Below, in pieces: positions 45,808 through 56,194 of a stretch of 64,000 nt of DNA. A program made the translations under genes and the position numbers. Below the pieces are notes generated by a model. That model made no database searches and had not been told where the DNA came from. It saw only the letters and a program-made list of their open reading frames with translations. The stretch covers positions 9,471-73,470 of IMG/VR virus record IMGVR_UViG_3300028392_000060. One strand, given 5' to 3'. This DNA comes from a virus. The number at the start of each line of letters is the position of its first letter. Within the stretch, counting starts at the first letter, position 1.

Positions 45808-46331
45808 CAACAGATTATTCAAGAGTTGCGGTATTTGATGTAAGAAATGCTATGTGGGCATCTCTTCAAAGTGCGGGAATTTTAAATAGCAATGACTATA
45901 TTGCAGAAGGCTTTACAACACCATTAATTCCAATTATTCCATCTCAACAAGTTCCAGAATTTAATAATTTATTACCAGGTAAAACATATATGACATACGA
46001 TATAGTCCAAAAAAATTATGGCAGTCAATGGTGGATTTCAGAAGAAACCATGGTTATGCAAATAATTTCAAGAAGTAATTCTCAAATTCTTACAATAATT
46101 AATTTTCTTACAGACCTAGTTAGAAGATATGAGCTTTCAGCAATTGATGTAAATTCTGCAGCTAGTTCTTCAGCAAGTCCATTTAAATTTCTTTATTTTA
46201 GGCTAGAATCAGCAAATCCCGTTCAACCTTTTATAGATGAAGGTGGATTTATGAGCGGGGACTTCGCATTTGTTTATACATATACCCGTCAAGTAGATGA
46301 AGGAATATCAAATACTGGTAAATATATCTAA
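45804..46331 (+). CDS. tail terminator protein
   Basis: Synteny, directly before the major tail protein. Confidence 0.65.
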   Translation: MTTDYSRVAVFDVRNAMWASLQSAGILNSNDYIAEGFTTPLIPIIPSQQVPEFNNLLPGKTYMTYDIVQKNYGSQWWISEETMVMQIISRSNSQILTIINFLTDLVRRYELSAIDVNSAASSSASPFKFLYFRLESANPVQPFIDEGGFMSGDFAFVYTYTRQVDEGISNTGKYI

Positions 46332-46430
46332 ATTTGACTTATTAGGTTTTAATGATATGATTTTACATGAGGAAGCAAGTTGTCATCTTCTTTTGTTTTA
46401 ATAAAATAAATAAGGTGGTGAAATAAATAA

Positions 46431-47249
46431 ATGGCTACAAATACTAAAAACGTAATCGTTGGTGCCGCAGCACTCTTTACTAGCGTTGGAAACAGCTCTA
46501 ATAATTCAGGTCGTCCATCAACAAACCAAGCAGCTCTTTCAGCTTTAATGCCAGCAAATACATCTGCTCGCACAGCACTTCTTAATTCAAACACAGGTGC
46601 TGGAATAGGATACCGTGAAGTTGGTTACACAACTACTGGTATTGAAATTTCATACGAACCATCATATGGTGAAGTAATGGTTGATCAACTTCTTGATGCA
46701 GCTCGTATTTTTAAGCAAACTCTTAAGGTAATGCTAAAAACAGAACTAACAGAAGCAACTCTTGAAAACATGCAGTTTTCATGGGGTCAAATGGATAGCG
46801 TATATGTTGCTAATGCTAATAACTCAGTTGTTAACGTTCCAACATTGCTTAATAATGATTCTGCTGTTAACAGCACACCAGATACTCCAGCAGCAACATT
46901 AAATATTGCAGCAGGTGCTTTAGGTGATGCTCCAGTAGAGCGTGTATTAATTGCAGTTGGACAAGCTCCAGCACAAATTGGTACATCAGCAGCATTTAAT
47001 GATCCAGCAGCTACAGGTTCAACACCAGTAGTTTCAGTTGGAACAGGTGCAAATACTACTGTTGCTCGCAATAAAGAGCGTGTATATGTTGCACGTCGTG
47101 TTGTTTCAATTGATACAACAATGCATTCTTTGAAGCGTGATTCAGCAACTGTGTTCCCAGTGAACTTCCGTTGTTTGCCTGATTCAGATGGATCTTATGC
47201 AGGTTCAGAATACGGTGTCGTTATTGACCGCGTATACGGAACATTCTAA
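46431..47249 (+). CDS. major tail protein
   Basis: NVIVGAA, VGYTTTG.E.SYEP, VDQLLD, LTEATLEN, FPVNFRCLP. Confidence 0.85.
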   Translation: MATNTKNVIVGAAALFTSVGNSSNNSGRPSTNQAALSALMPANTSARTALLNSNTGAGIGYREVGYTTTGIEISYEPSYGEVMVDQLLDAARIFKQTLKVMLKTELTEATLENMQFSWGQMDSVYVANANNSVVNVPTLLNNDSAVNSTPDTPAATLNIAAGALGDAPVERVLIAVGQAPAQIGTSAAFNDPAATGSTPVVSVGTGANTTVARNKERVYVARRVVSIDTTMHSLKRDSATVFPVNFRCLPDSDGSYAGSEYGVVIDRVYGTF

Positions 47250-47267
47250 AAAAACTTAATATATATT

Positions 47268-47303
47268 TCAGACCCCTGCCGAAAGGCGGGGGTTCTGAGT
47301 TTG
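47268..47303 (+). terminator. intrinsic terminator
   Basis: CAGACCCCTGCC-GAAA-GGCGGGGGTTCTG then T-rich tail. Confidence 0.75.
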
Positions 47304-47354
47304 TTTATACTAATATTCTTGGTATAATTTAATTAATAACAAAGGAGCAATAAA

Positions 47355-47690
47355 TTGGCAACAACCGTATATGATGTAGTAGAAATTGAATTAAGTGATG
47401 GATCAACACTTACACTAAAGCCATTGCCTATAAAGCAATTAAGAAAATTTATGGATATTGTAAATTCCATGTCAGTTGATGAAGGTAAAAGTGAATTAGA
47501 TGCCATGGATCTTTTTGTAGATGCAGCAATAATTTGCTTGCAAGGACTTGGAAGACCAGACCTTTCAGATAAAGATAAATTTGAAGATGTAATAGAAGTT
47601 CCTACTATGATGAAAATTCTTGAAGTTGCTGGTGGTTTAAAGTTGACTGACCCAAACCTTCTGGGAGCGGCTCTAGTTGGGACGAACTAG
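47355..47690 (+). CDS. tail assembly chaperone (gpG-like)
   Basis: Between major tail and tape measure genes; slippery site near the 3' end. Confidence 0.85.
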   Translation: MATTVYDVVEIELSDGSTLTLKPLPIKQLRKFMDIVNSMSVDEGKSELDAMDLFVDAAIICLQGLGRPDLSDKDKFEDVIEVPTMMKILEVAGGLKLTDPNLLGAALVGTN

Positions 47691-47962
47691 ACCTAAGCTC
47701 CTTGGAGTCTGAAGTTTTTCTTGCAGGTCATTGGAAGAATTTTGATGAGCTGGAAGAAAGTCTTTCTATCAATGAACTTAATGCTTTAGTAAAAGCTTTA
47801 AGAGAAAAAGAAGAAAGAAGTATGAAGTTTCATGCAGCAATTAATGGCGTTGATCTTGAAGAAAAAGAGCCAGAAGATGTTGCGGTACTTAAGAGTTCAA
47901 GTATAGCATCAAAAGAAGGTTTCGGTGTTGGCGAAGGACTCGGCTTTATGTCACAAGAATAA
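47651..47962 (+). CDS. tail assembly chaperone -1 frameshift extension (gpT-like)
   Basis: C CCA AAC heptamer at 47651-47657; the -1 frame opens right after TGA 47648-47650 and runs to 47962. Confidence 0.8.
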   Translation, partial: PKPSGSGSSWDELDLSSLESEVFLAGHWKNFDELEESLSINELNALVKALREKEERSMKFHAAINGVDLEEKEPEDVAVLKSSSIASKEGFGVGEGLGFMSQE

Positions 47963-47977
47963 TGGAGTAGATAATTA

Positions 47978-50900
47978 ATGGCAAAAATAGAATTAAATAT
48001 AGTTGCCCTTGGTGATTTTTCCGCAGTCAATGCACAAATAAAAGCTCTTCAAGTACAAGTTGATTCACTTAATAAAGGCGTCGCTGGTGTTGGATTAGGA
48101 TCAACACTAACTAAAGATTTAGCTAACGCACAAGCAGCATTTAAATCAACAATGCTATCAACTGGACAGTTTACAATGCAAACTGTTAAAATGGCTTCTG
48201 AAACAGAAAAATTTGGAAGAGCGCTTACTTCAGGTAAATTAAAACTTTCAGAGTATTTTAATATAATAACTGGAAAAGCAGGTCAAGCAACAGCATCAAT
48301 GAATGCTCTTGCTGAATCACAAATAAGATTACAAAATTCTGTTGTTGTTAGAAACAAAAATGGATTTTTAGATGTTTATACACCAACTGCATTTAATAAA
48401 GTTGCACAGGCTGAAGAACTTGTAGCAATGAAAGCTATGGTAATGCAAAAGGCTATTGATGGTGGATCAATGGCACTTATTAATTTTGGTAAAAATACGC
48501 AATGGGCAGGACGACAGCTTACTGTTGGTTTAACAATGCCTATGGTTTTGTTTGGTGCAGCAGCAGTTAAATCTTTTAAAGAAACAAATATTGAATTAAC
48601 AAGATTACAAAGACTTTATGGAGAAGGTTTAACACCACCATCTCAAACACAAATTAATCAAATTTCAAGTCAAGTCTTAAAACTTGGAACGACCATAGCA
48701 CAAACAATGGGAATAGCTCAAACCGAAACAGTTAAAGCAGCAGCAAATTTTGCAGCTATGGGTCGGGAAGGACAAAATCTTATTGATACAACGGCACAAA
48801 CAATGCGTCTATCAAAATTAGGAGCAGTAAGTACAGCAGATGCAACAAATACTGTTGTTGCTTTACAAAATGTTTATAAGGTAAGTACAAATGATTTAGC
48901 AACTGCAGTTAACTTTTTATCAGATATACAGAAGCAAACAACAATGACTTTAAATGATATGACACAAGCTATTCCACGTGTTGGTCCAATTATGCAACAA
49001 CTCGGAGGAACATATAAAGATACTGCAGTTATGCTTGTTGCAATGCGTGAATCAGGTATTCCTGCTGCACAAGCTGCTAACGCAATAAAATCTGCAATGG
49101 CATCTATAATTGCTCCAACTTCAGCAGCTACTAGAGAATTTGCTAAATTTGGAATTAATTTAGATTCTATAAAAAATGCTGGTGGACCAGTACAAATGAT
49201 AGAACAATTACAAGCAGGACTTTCAAAATTATCTCCACTTGTTAGAGAACAACTTATTGAAAAATTATTTGGTAAATTTCAATTTGCTCGTGTATCAGCA
49301 CTTATTGAAAACTTTGGTAAAGCGGGAAGTCAAACAGTAAATGCTCTTAAAATTGCAGGAGCAACATCAAATCAATTAGCAGTACTTGCAAATCAAGAAA
49401 TGAAACAAGCAACAGAATCTACAACAGCTAAATGGCAAAGATCGTTAGAAGGATTTAAAGCAACATTATATCCAATTGGACAAAAATTTCTTGAAATGGG
49501 AACAATAATTTTAAATGTTGCAAATAAAATTGGACATGCATTTAGTAGCTTACCATCACCATTAAAAGGATTTTTTGGATTTTTAGCAATAGGAGCAGCA
49601 TTAGCGGGACCTCTTATTATGTTAACTGGATTATTATCAAATTTTGCGGGGTATTTGTTAAAAGCTGGAGGATTTATATTAAAACTAGCTAATGGTGGAA
49701 TGTCACTAAAAGAATTACTTACTCCCGAAATTATTGCATCTCAAAAAGCAGCAGAACTATTTTCAAATCAAATAGTTAATGATGTAGATGCTGTTGATCT
49801 ATTAAATCAAGCAATTGAAAGACTTACAATATCATTATCTGAAATGTCTGGTGCTATGGTTACGGGTACAGGTGATGTAGCTACTAAAGTTGCAGCAGCA
49901 AATGCTTTAAATATAAAACCTGGAAAAGAAATGTATGGAGCTATGTCTGGAGCAGAATACCGATATCTATCTTCAATGGGACTTGCAGGAACAAATACTC
50001 TTTATAAATCAGGAACTTCAATAGGGCAAAAACCAAAATTTTTAAATGTTCCTGAAAATGAAGCTATCTATGCTAAACCAACTACAGGAATTTTTGCTAA
50101 AACTGATACGGGAGTAAGCAATACAGCATTAACTGGAGCTGGAGTAGAGCCAAGAGCATATTTAGCAGCAGCAGCAGGAGCAACAGGAGCAGATGTTTTA
50201 AGTAAAGAGTATGCAACAAAATATAAAACTAGCACAAGTTTATTTTTAGATGCATTAACAAAACAAACAGTAACCTTAGAAAATGGAACAAAAGTACAAT
50301 TATTAAATGATGAAAAAGCAAATATGCTTAAAGCACAACTTAATAAAGAGCTTGAAACACAAGTACTTGGTTTGGAAAAAATTAATGACATAAATAATCC
50401 TTTGGCAGCAGTTGAAAAACAAATTCTTGCAAAACTAGAAGAAGAAGGAATGTTAATAGGATTAAGTATAGAACAAACTAGAGAATTAATTAATCAAATA
50501 AGATTTGGAATGAGTAATGTTCACGATATTAACGCAGCAGGGGGAGCTGGTGCTTGGCTTGGAGGAGGAAATACTGGACTTTCTAGGTTTAAATTAGATT
50601 TTACAGGTTTAAAAAGTCAAAATATAGAATTTTGGCATGCATTTAATGCTGAAGCAAAAGCAGCCTGGGAAGCAGTTCTTGTTGATATGCGTGGTGCGGG
50701 TGCACAGATTATAGAATATCAAGGTGAATTAGGAAAAGATGCAGCACTAAAATTTACAGAATCTGAAATTGAAATGTTAAGAAAATTAAATCCAGAACTA
50801 TTATCACAATCTGTAATATTAGAAGAAGAAGTTGGAAAAGCAAGAGCTGATATGGCTGCTGCATCAGGAAAACTAGTTGCTAAAATATTTTCAGAATCTG

Positions 50901-53900
50901 AAATTGCAACATTAAAACAGGTATATCCAAGTATATTGACGGCTACAGTATTAAATGAAGAAGAAATTGCAAATGCTAAAATAGCTATACAAGAATCTAC
51001 GTTAGCAAAAGAAAAAATAATTGCTGAAGAAGAAATTGCAGTACGTAGTGGGATGCTTGGTCGTTTGGGTGGTCGTTTAGGTGTAGGCACTGGAAAACCA
51101 AGCGGCATGGGCGCTATGGGCATTGCAATGGCTGGCATGATGATTGGTATGCCAATGTCTAGTAGTAAAAATCAAGCAGTAAGTACGGCGGGATCAGGAA
51201 TTATGATGGGTGCTAATGCCGCAATGATAGCTTCATTTTTGCCTATAGCACCAGAATTAATAATTCCAATAGCGTTAGCTGTTGGAGGACTTACTGTAGC
51301 TTATAAAGCTCTTTCTAAAGTTATGGCTGATCAAAAAGCACATAATGATGCCATAGAAGCATCATTTAAATCATCATCAAGTGTTATATCAGCATACGGC
51401 GGAACAATGATTACTGCAAAACAAGCAGTATATAACTTTATTGATGCTAACAAAGAATCAAAAGATGTATTAAGTAAAACAGCACAAGATGTTGCTGAAA
51501 TTAAAAAATTAGGAACATCTGATCCATTAAAACAAGTTGGAGAATTATTAAAAGGCGGGACTACGGCAAGTGGAGTTATAGGAACATTAAATCAATTTGC
51601 TGCAGCACAAGTAGCAAATGGTATGGATCCAAAAGCTGTATCTCAAATGGTTACAGATTTATTAACATATTCTGGACAAACAAAATATCTTAATCAAGCA
51701 TTAAAAGAAATTACAAATAATACAAAAGACATGTCTACTGCTACTGCAACAATGATTAATAAATTAAAAAATAATGGAGATGCAAATCTTATTACTGCAA
51801 CAACTTATAAAGATTTGTCTAAAGCACAAAAAGCATTTGCTGATGGATTGCTTACAACAACAAATATAATATCTGATCAAGCCACTCCATTTCAAGTTGC
51901 AGCAGATAAAATTAAAGCTTTGCGAGATACTTCAGATAATAGTATAGGTTCTGTAAACGCCCTAGCTTTAGCATTAAAAAATGCGGGGGCATCTGCAGAA
52001 ACTCTTACTGCAATGGCTAATTTAGCTAAAATAGGTGTTACTAATTTAGGTGAAATTTCAACAATATTAATGCTTAATGCCGCAGGAATTAAAGTTAATA
52101 CAACAGATGCTACAAAAACTACTAAAGATGTTACAAATGGTATTGTAGAATATGTTAAACAAAAACAAAAAGCATTAATAGCAGCTGATAAAGATGCTTT
52201 AAAAATTGAAGAAAATAAAGTTGTTGCAGCTAAAAAAGCTGCAGAAACTGCTGCAAAAACTGCTACAACTAAACAATTAAAAAATGAACAAGCGGCTTTA
52301 GGAATAGAAGGCGCAAAACAATATGAAACAGATCAAAAACAAGTAAAAGTATTAGAAGCACAATTAGCAACATTAAAATTACAAACTTCAGAATTACAAA
52401 AACAACAACAATATCAACTAAATCAACAAGATTTAGAAAATCAAGCAAAACAAGCAGAAATGTCAGGAAATTATTTACAAGCAGCAATGCTTAATCAACA
52501 AAAAGCTTATAATACTTCACAATATAATCAAAATAATTCACAAGATGAATTACAAAAAGAATTAGATAATTTAAAACAAAGTCTTGCAGATCGTGCATTA
52601 TTAATTCAAAATGAAACAGATAGTACATCTTCATCTACTGTTGATACATCAGGTGTGATTCTAGCTAAGCAAAAACTTAAGGATGATAAATTAATTGGAA
52701 CACAATTAGCTTCTGAAATGACTACGTTATTGGCTGACTCTGGTTTAACTGGATTTAAAGCAATGGTTGATGGTAAAGGTAATTATATAATTACAACTAC
52801 AGGTAACGTAAATGTAAATGGAACATCAGAAAGAACATTGGGAAGTGCTTCTAATCCAATTTCGCTTTCAGGAAATATAGCCAACGATGAAAAAGTAGGT
52901 CGCAGTCCTTCTTCTGATTTGACACAATGGAATAGTCCATTAGGTAACACTAGATCAGTAGTTCATCAATATGCAAATGATAATAAAATAACTAAAAATC
53001 AATATTTTTCAATAGATCAGTATAATGTGCATTATGTTTTTTATGAAGATGCAGATGGAAATATAACAATGATTTCTGCTGATGGAGCCTATAATGGGCC
53101 AAATACAATACTTAGATTACCAAAAAATGCTAATGTTACAAAGGCCAAAGCTGTAAAAAAAGCAACAGGTGGACATATATCTGGACCAGGAACGGGGACT
53201 TCAGATTCAATTCCCGCATATCTTTCAAATGGCGAATATGTAATTAAAGCAGATGCTGTATCTCATTATGGACCAAGTTTTTTTGATTCTGTAAATGCAA
53301 AGAAATTTGCAAATGGTGGAGAAGTAACTAAAAATGGATGGCTTCAAAAATGGGCTAAGAGTTTAACTGGAATGCCTGCTGCAGAAATGTTTGGCACAGC
53401 ATCAATATTAAGAAAGTTTGCGGGTCTTGGCAAACCTGGAGATAATCTAGCCACAGCTTTATTCCCGCTTAATTTTATGGGTATGGGCGGAGGAAAAAGT
53501 TTATTCCTTGGTATGCCTCGTGGCGTGAAAGATTTAGAAGAAGCACTTAAAGCTGAAAAAATAATGCAAGATATACACGCTTCTATTCAAGCAAGCAATT
53601 TTAAAAGCCTACCAATTACAAAACTAGGCGAACAGTTAGAGGCAACAGTTGGAAAAAGTTTTCCAGTAAGCGGTATTGGTGGGTTGTATAAAGGCGCTAA
53701 TGGAACAAAAGAATTTGTCAAGCCAGTAACAGATGCGTTATCTGGTCTATCTGAAATTAGATCTAATCAGATTGCAAGAGATGTACAAGGCTTAGATACA
53801 CCAATTCAAGAATTAATAAAAATCATGGACCCTTCAGATCCTAAAGGAAAGAGAACACTGTTAGCATTAAGATCTGCTTTTAACCCAGAATTTGCAAATC

Positions 53901-55633
53901 CAACTGGGAAGTTTACAAAAGATCAGTATTTTAGACAGTTAGTTTCTTCTTTATTAAGAGGAGATAAAGACTTACAAATAGCAAATTTATCAGGCAATAA
54001 CCTTGTTGATGCTGGAACTTCAGGGGTATTTAACCTAGCTTCTGGAATAAGAACGTTATCTAAATCAATGCCGTCAATGCAAGAGCAAGCTACTATAAAT
54101 TTATTAGGTGTTAAAGGTGGAGCAAAAAGATTCTTTGCTGAATCTACAGCATCAATTGCAAAATCAATGACTCCAAAAGAATATCATGATGCAATTGTGG
54201 CAGAAATTAAAAGAGAAATTCCTTTATTAGAAAAAACAATAGCTTCATTTAAACTTACAGATCCAGATGAAATTGAAGCATATGCTAATATGTTGGAAAG
54301 ATTAAAGGCGGGAGCAAAACCAGGAGTAGATTGGTCATCATTCCAAACAATGGCAGCAAGCGTAGTTCCAGCTCCACCAAAAACACCAACAGCAGCAGCA
54401 CTTGCTAAAAAAGCTGAAGAACTAACATTAAAGAAAAGACAATCTGGACATGCCGTAGGTTTTTCTGATATTATGTTTAAAGATCAACTTGGCGGGTATG
54501 CAAATGGTGGAGCAGTAAATTCAATGTCAAAAAATGGTTGGTTACAAAAATACTCTAAATCACTTGATAAATCTGGTCCAGATATTATGGGAACTCATGC
54601 ATTAATAAGATTATTAGCAGGTTTAAGTAATGGTAAATCAGATTTTCTTTCTGCCGCTTTAATTCCATTAAATTTTACGGGTATAGGTAGAGGACTAAAA
54701 GGTGCAAAAATTGGTGCAGAAGTTGCTGCAGAAATTGGTGCAAAAATTGGTGCAGAAGTTGATGCATCTAAATTATCTAAGTATTTCTTACATGCTAGTT
54801 CCGATGGAGACATAACGGGCATAGATACAATTATGTCTACTATGACTTATAAAGGTGATAGAACTATAGCAGGTTGGTCACGATTAGCACATGATCCACT
54901 TGGAGATGGCTCAAAATTATTCTCTATGGGAAATCTATATGACAATATGGGAACCAGAGATCTTCTAGCATTATCATTGATGCAAGCAGCAAAAGAATCT
55001 GGATTTACAAAAACTGGAATAAATCTTGCTGCTTCACCTGATAGATCAATTTTTAGTCAAGCAATGGTTTCATCATTAAAAAAGAGAGGACTTGGAAATG
55101 TAATTGGTTTACCAGAACTAGAAGCACAATCTGTAGGTAATACAGCAATTGAAGCTCAATCTTGGTTCTTTAAAGAATTAAGTAGTATGAATAGAAATAA
55201 TTCTTTATTAAGTGATGCATCTCCTATTTCAAATGTATCTTTAGATGCAGCCAGAAAAGCATTACATCAAATTTTTATGAAAGAGTACAATCAAAAAGAA
55301 TTTGCTTCTTTACTAAAAACTTATGTAAAGGGACACGCTTTAGGAGGACAAGTTAAATTGCCTTCATTTGCCGTTGGAACAAATTTTGTTCCAAATGATA
55401 TGATTGCTCAAATACATAAAGGTGAAAGAATTATACCTGCATCTCAAAATAATGGTACAATGGATGGATCAACATATAATATTTCTGTATTAGTTAATAA
55501 TAAAGATGCAAATGAGATAGCAAATGTTATAATGGATAAGATAAAAAGCGTTAACGCTGGAGCACCAAGCATTGCAAAAGCAACAACAAATGGCAAGCCC
55601 GTACTAGTTAGTAATGCACCACAGTATAATTGA
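47978..55633 (+). CDS. tape measure protein with C-terminal accessory domains
   Basis: 2551 aa, Ala/Gly-rich helical; NFGKNTQWAGRQL; GPGTGTSDSIPA.LSNGEYVI motif. Confidence 0.93.
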   Translation: MAKIELNIVALGDFSAVNAQIKALQVQVDSLNKGVAGVGLGSTLTKDLANAQAAFKSTMLSTGQFTMQTVKMASETEKFGRALTSGKLKLSEYFNIITGKAGQATASMNALAESQIRLQNSVVVRNKNGFLDVYTPTAFNKVAQAEELVAMKAMVMQKAIDGGSMALINFGKNTQWAGRQLTVGLTMPMVLFGAAAVKSFKETNIELTRLQRLYGEGLTPPSQTQINQISSQVLKLGTTIAQTMGIAQTETVKAAANFAAMGREGQNLIDTTAQTMRLSKLGAVSTADATNTVVALQNVYKVSTNDLATAVNFLSDIQKQTTMTLNDMTQAIPRVGPIMQQLGGTYKDTAVMLVAMRESGIPAAQAANAIKSAMASIIAPTSAATREFAKFGINLDSIKNAGGPVQMIEQLQAGLSKLSPLVREQLIEKLFGKFQFARVSALIENFGKAGSQTVNALKIAGATSNQLAVLANQEMKQATESTTAKWQRSLEGFKATLYPIGQKFLEMGTIILNVANKIGHAFSSLPSPLKGFFGFLAIGAALAGPLIMLTGLLSNFAGYLLKAGGFILKLANGGMSLKELLTPEIIASQKAAELFSNQIVNDVDAVDLLNQAIERLTISLSEMSGAMVTGTGDVATKVAAANALNIKPGKEMYGAMSGAEYRYLSSMGLAGTNTLYKSGTSIGQKPKFLNVPENEAIYAKPTTGIFAKTDTGVSNTALTGAGVEPRAYLAAAAGATGADVLSKEYATKYKTSTSLFLDALTKQTVTLENGTKVQLLNDEKANMLKAQLNKELETQVLGLEKINDINNPLAAVEKQILAKLEEEGMLIGLSIEQTRELINQIRFGMSNVHDINAAGGAGAWLGGGNTGLSRFKLDFTGLKSQNIEFWHAFNAEAKAAWEAVLVDMRGAGAQIIEYQGELGKDAALKFTESEIEMLRKLNPELLSQSVILEEEVGKARADMAAASGKLVAKIFSESEIATLKQVYPSILTATVLNEEEIANAKIAIQESTLAKEKIIAEEEIAVRSGMLGRLGGRLGVGTGKPSGMGAMGIAMAGMMIGMPMSSSKNQAVSTAGSGIMMGANAAMIASFLPIAPELIIPIALAVGGLTVAYKALSKVMADQKAHNDAIEASFKSSSSVISAYGGTMITAKQAVYNFIDANKESKDVLSKTAQDVAEIKKLGTSDPLKQVGELLKGGTTASGVIGTLNQFAAAQVANGMDPKAVSQMVTDLLTYSGQTKYLNQALKEITNNTKDMSTATATMINKLKNNGDANLITATTYKDLSKAQKAFADGLLTTTNIISDQATPFQVAADKIKALRDTSDNSIGSVNALALALKNAGASAETLTAMANLAKIGVTNLGEISTILMLNAAGIKVNTTDATKTTKDVTNGIVEYVKQKQKALIAADKDALKIEENKVVAAKKAAETAAKTATTKQLKNEQAALGIEGAKQYETDQKQVKVLEAQLATLKLQTSELQKQQQYQLNQQDLENQAKQAEMSGNYLQAAMLNQQKAYNTSQYNQNNSQDELQKELDNLKQSLADRALLIQNETDSTSSSTVDTSGVILAKQKLKDDKLIGTQLASEMTTLLADSGLTGFKAMVDGKGNYIITTTGNVNVNGTSERTLGSASNPISLSGNIANDEKVGRSPSSDLTQWNSPLGNTRSVVHQYANDNKITKNQYFSIDQYNVHYVFYEDADGNITMISADGAYNGPNTILRLPKNANVTKAKAVKKATGGHISGPGTGTSDSIPAYLSNGEYVIKADAVSHYGPSFFDSVNAKKFANGGEVTKNGWLQKWAKSLTGMPAAEMFGTASILRKFAGLGKPGDNLATALFPLNFMGMGGGKSLFLGMPRGVKDLEEALKAEKIMQDIHASIQASNFKSLPITKLGEQLEATVGKSFPVSGIGGLYKGANGTKEFVKPVTDALSGLSEIRSNQIARDVQGLDTPIQELIKIMDPSDPKGKRTLLALRSAFNPEFANPTGKFTKDQYFRQLVSSLLRGDKDLQIANLSGNNLVDAGTSGVFNLASGIRTLSKSMPSMQEQATINLLGVKGGAKRFFAESTASIAKSMTPKEYHDAIVAEIKREIPLLEKTIASFKLTDPDEIEAYANMLERLKAGAKPGVDWSSFQTMAASVVPAPPKTPTAAALAKKAEELTLKKRQSGHAVGFSDIMFKDQLGGYANGGAVNSMSKNGWLQKYSKSLDKSGPDIMGTHALIRLLAGLSNGKSDFLSAALIPLNFTGIGRGLKGAKIGAEVAAEIGAKIGAEVDASKLSKYFLHASSDGDITGIDTIMSTMTYKGDRTIAGWSRLAHDPLGDGSKLFSMGNLYDNMGTRDLLALSLMQAAKESGFTKTGINLAASPDRSIFSQAMVSSLKKRGLGNVIGLPELEAQSVGNTAIEAQSWFFKELSSMNRNNSLLSDASPISNVSLDAARKALHQIFMKEYNQKEFASLLKTYVKGHALGGQVKLPSFAVGTNFVPNDMIAQIHKGERIIPASQNNGTMDGSTYNISVLVNNKDANEIANVIMDKIKSVNAGAPSIAKATTNGKPVLVSNAPQYN

Positions 55634-55654
55634 TAAACAATGAGGAGGTAAAAA

Positions 55655-56194
55655 ATGACATATGCAATTCCACAAGGAGTACAAGTATCTTTAGGATTAG
55701 ATATTAATGGAAGTGCTACAATTGTTCCAGCAAATATGGTTTGGTATAAATTATCTGATCATAATCGTCAACCAATAAATGTTACTTATCACCTTATTGA
55801 AGCAACAGATAGAATGGCAAACGGAACTTTAAGAAAATTTATTATTGCTCGTAAATTTGTTATTAAGATAGATTGGCAAAATTTTCCAACTTTAGACAGC
55901 AATCTAGTTGATTATAATGGCGGTAATTCATACGGAGCAGCTTGGTTTAAAGCGTTTTATGAAGGAAATGCATTTAATCCAATTTATGTAAAGTTGATAT
56001 ATGCCCTTGATACAGCACAATCAAACTCAATACCAGTATCAGGAAGTTATGTAGATTCTAAAAATTCAACAGGGCAAGTATATAATGCTTATATGACTAC
56101 TTTTACATATGATGTAATGAAAAGAATGGTTGCAACATCTGGTACAACAGGATATGATTATGTAAACTTATCAGTAGAGTTTACGGAGATTTAA
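55655..56194 (+). CDS. distal tail-like minor tail protein
   Basis: LSDHNRQP, RMANGTLRK, C-terminal F.EI; follows tape measure. Confidence 0.75.
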   Translation: MTYAIPQGVQVSLGLDINGSATIVPANMVWYKLSDHNRQPINVTYHLIEATDRMANGTLRKFIIARKFVIKIDWQNFPTLDSNLVDYNGGNSYGAAWFKAFYEGNAFNPIYVKLIYALDTAQSNSIPVSGSYVDSKNSTGQVYNAYMTTFTYDVMKRMVATSGTTGYDYVNLSVEFTEI

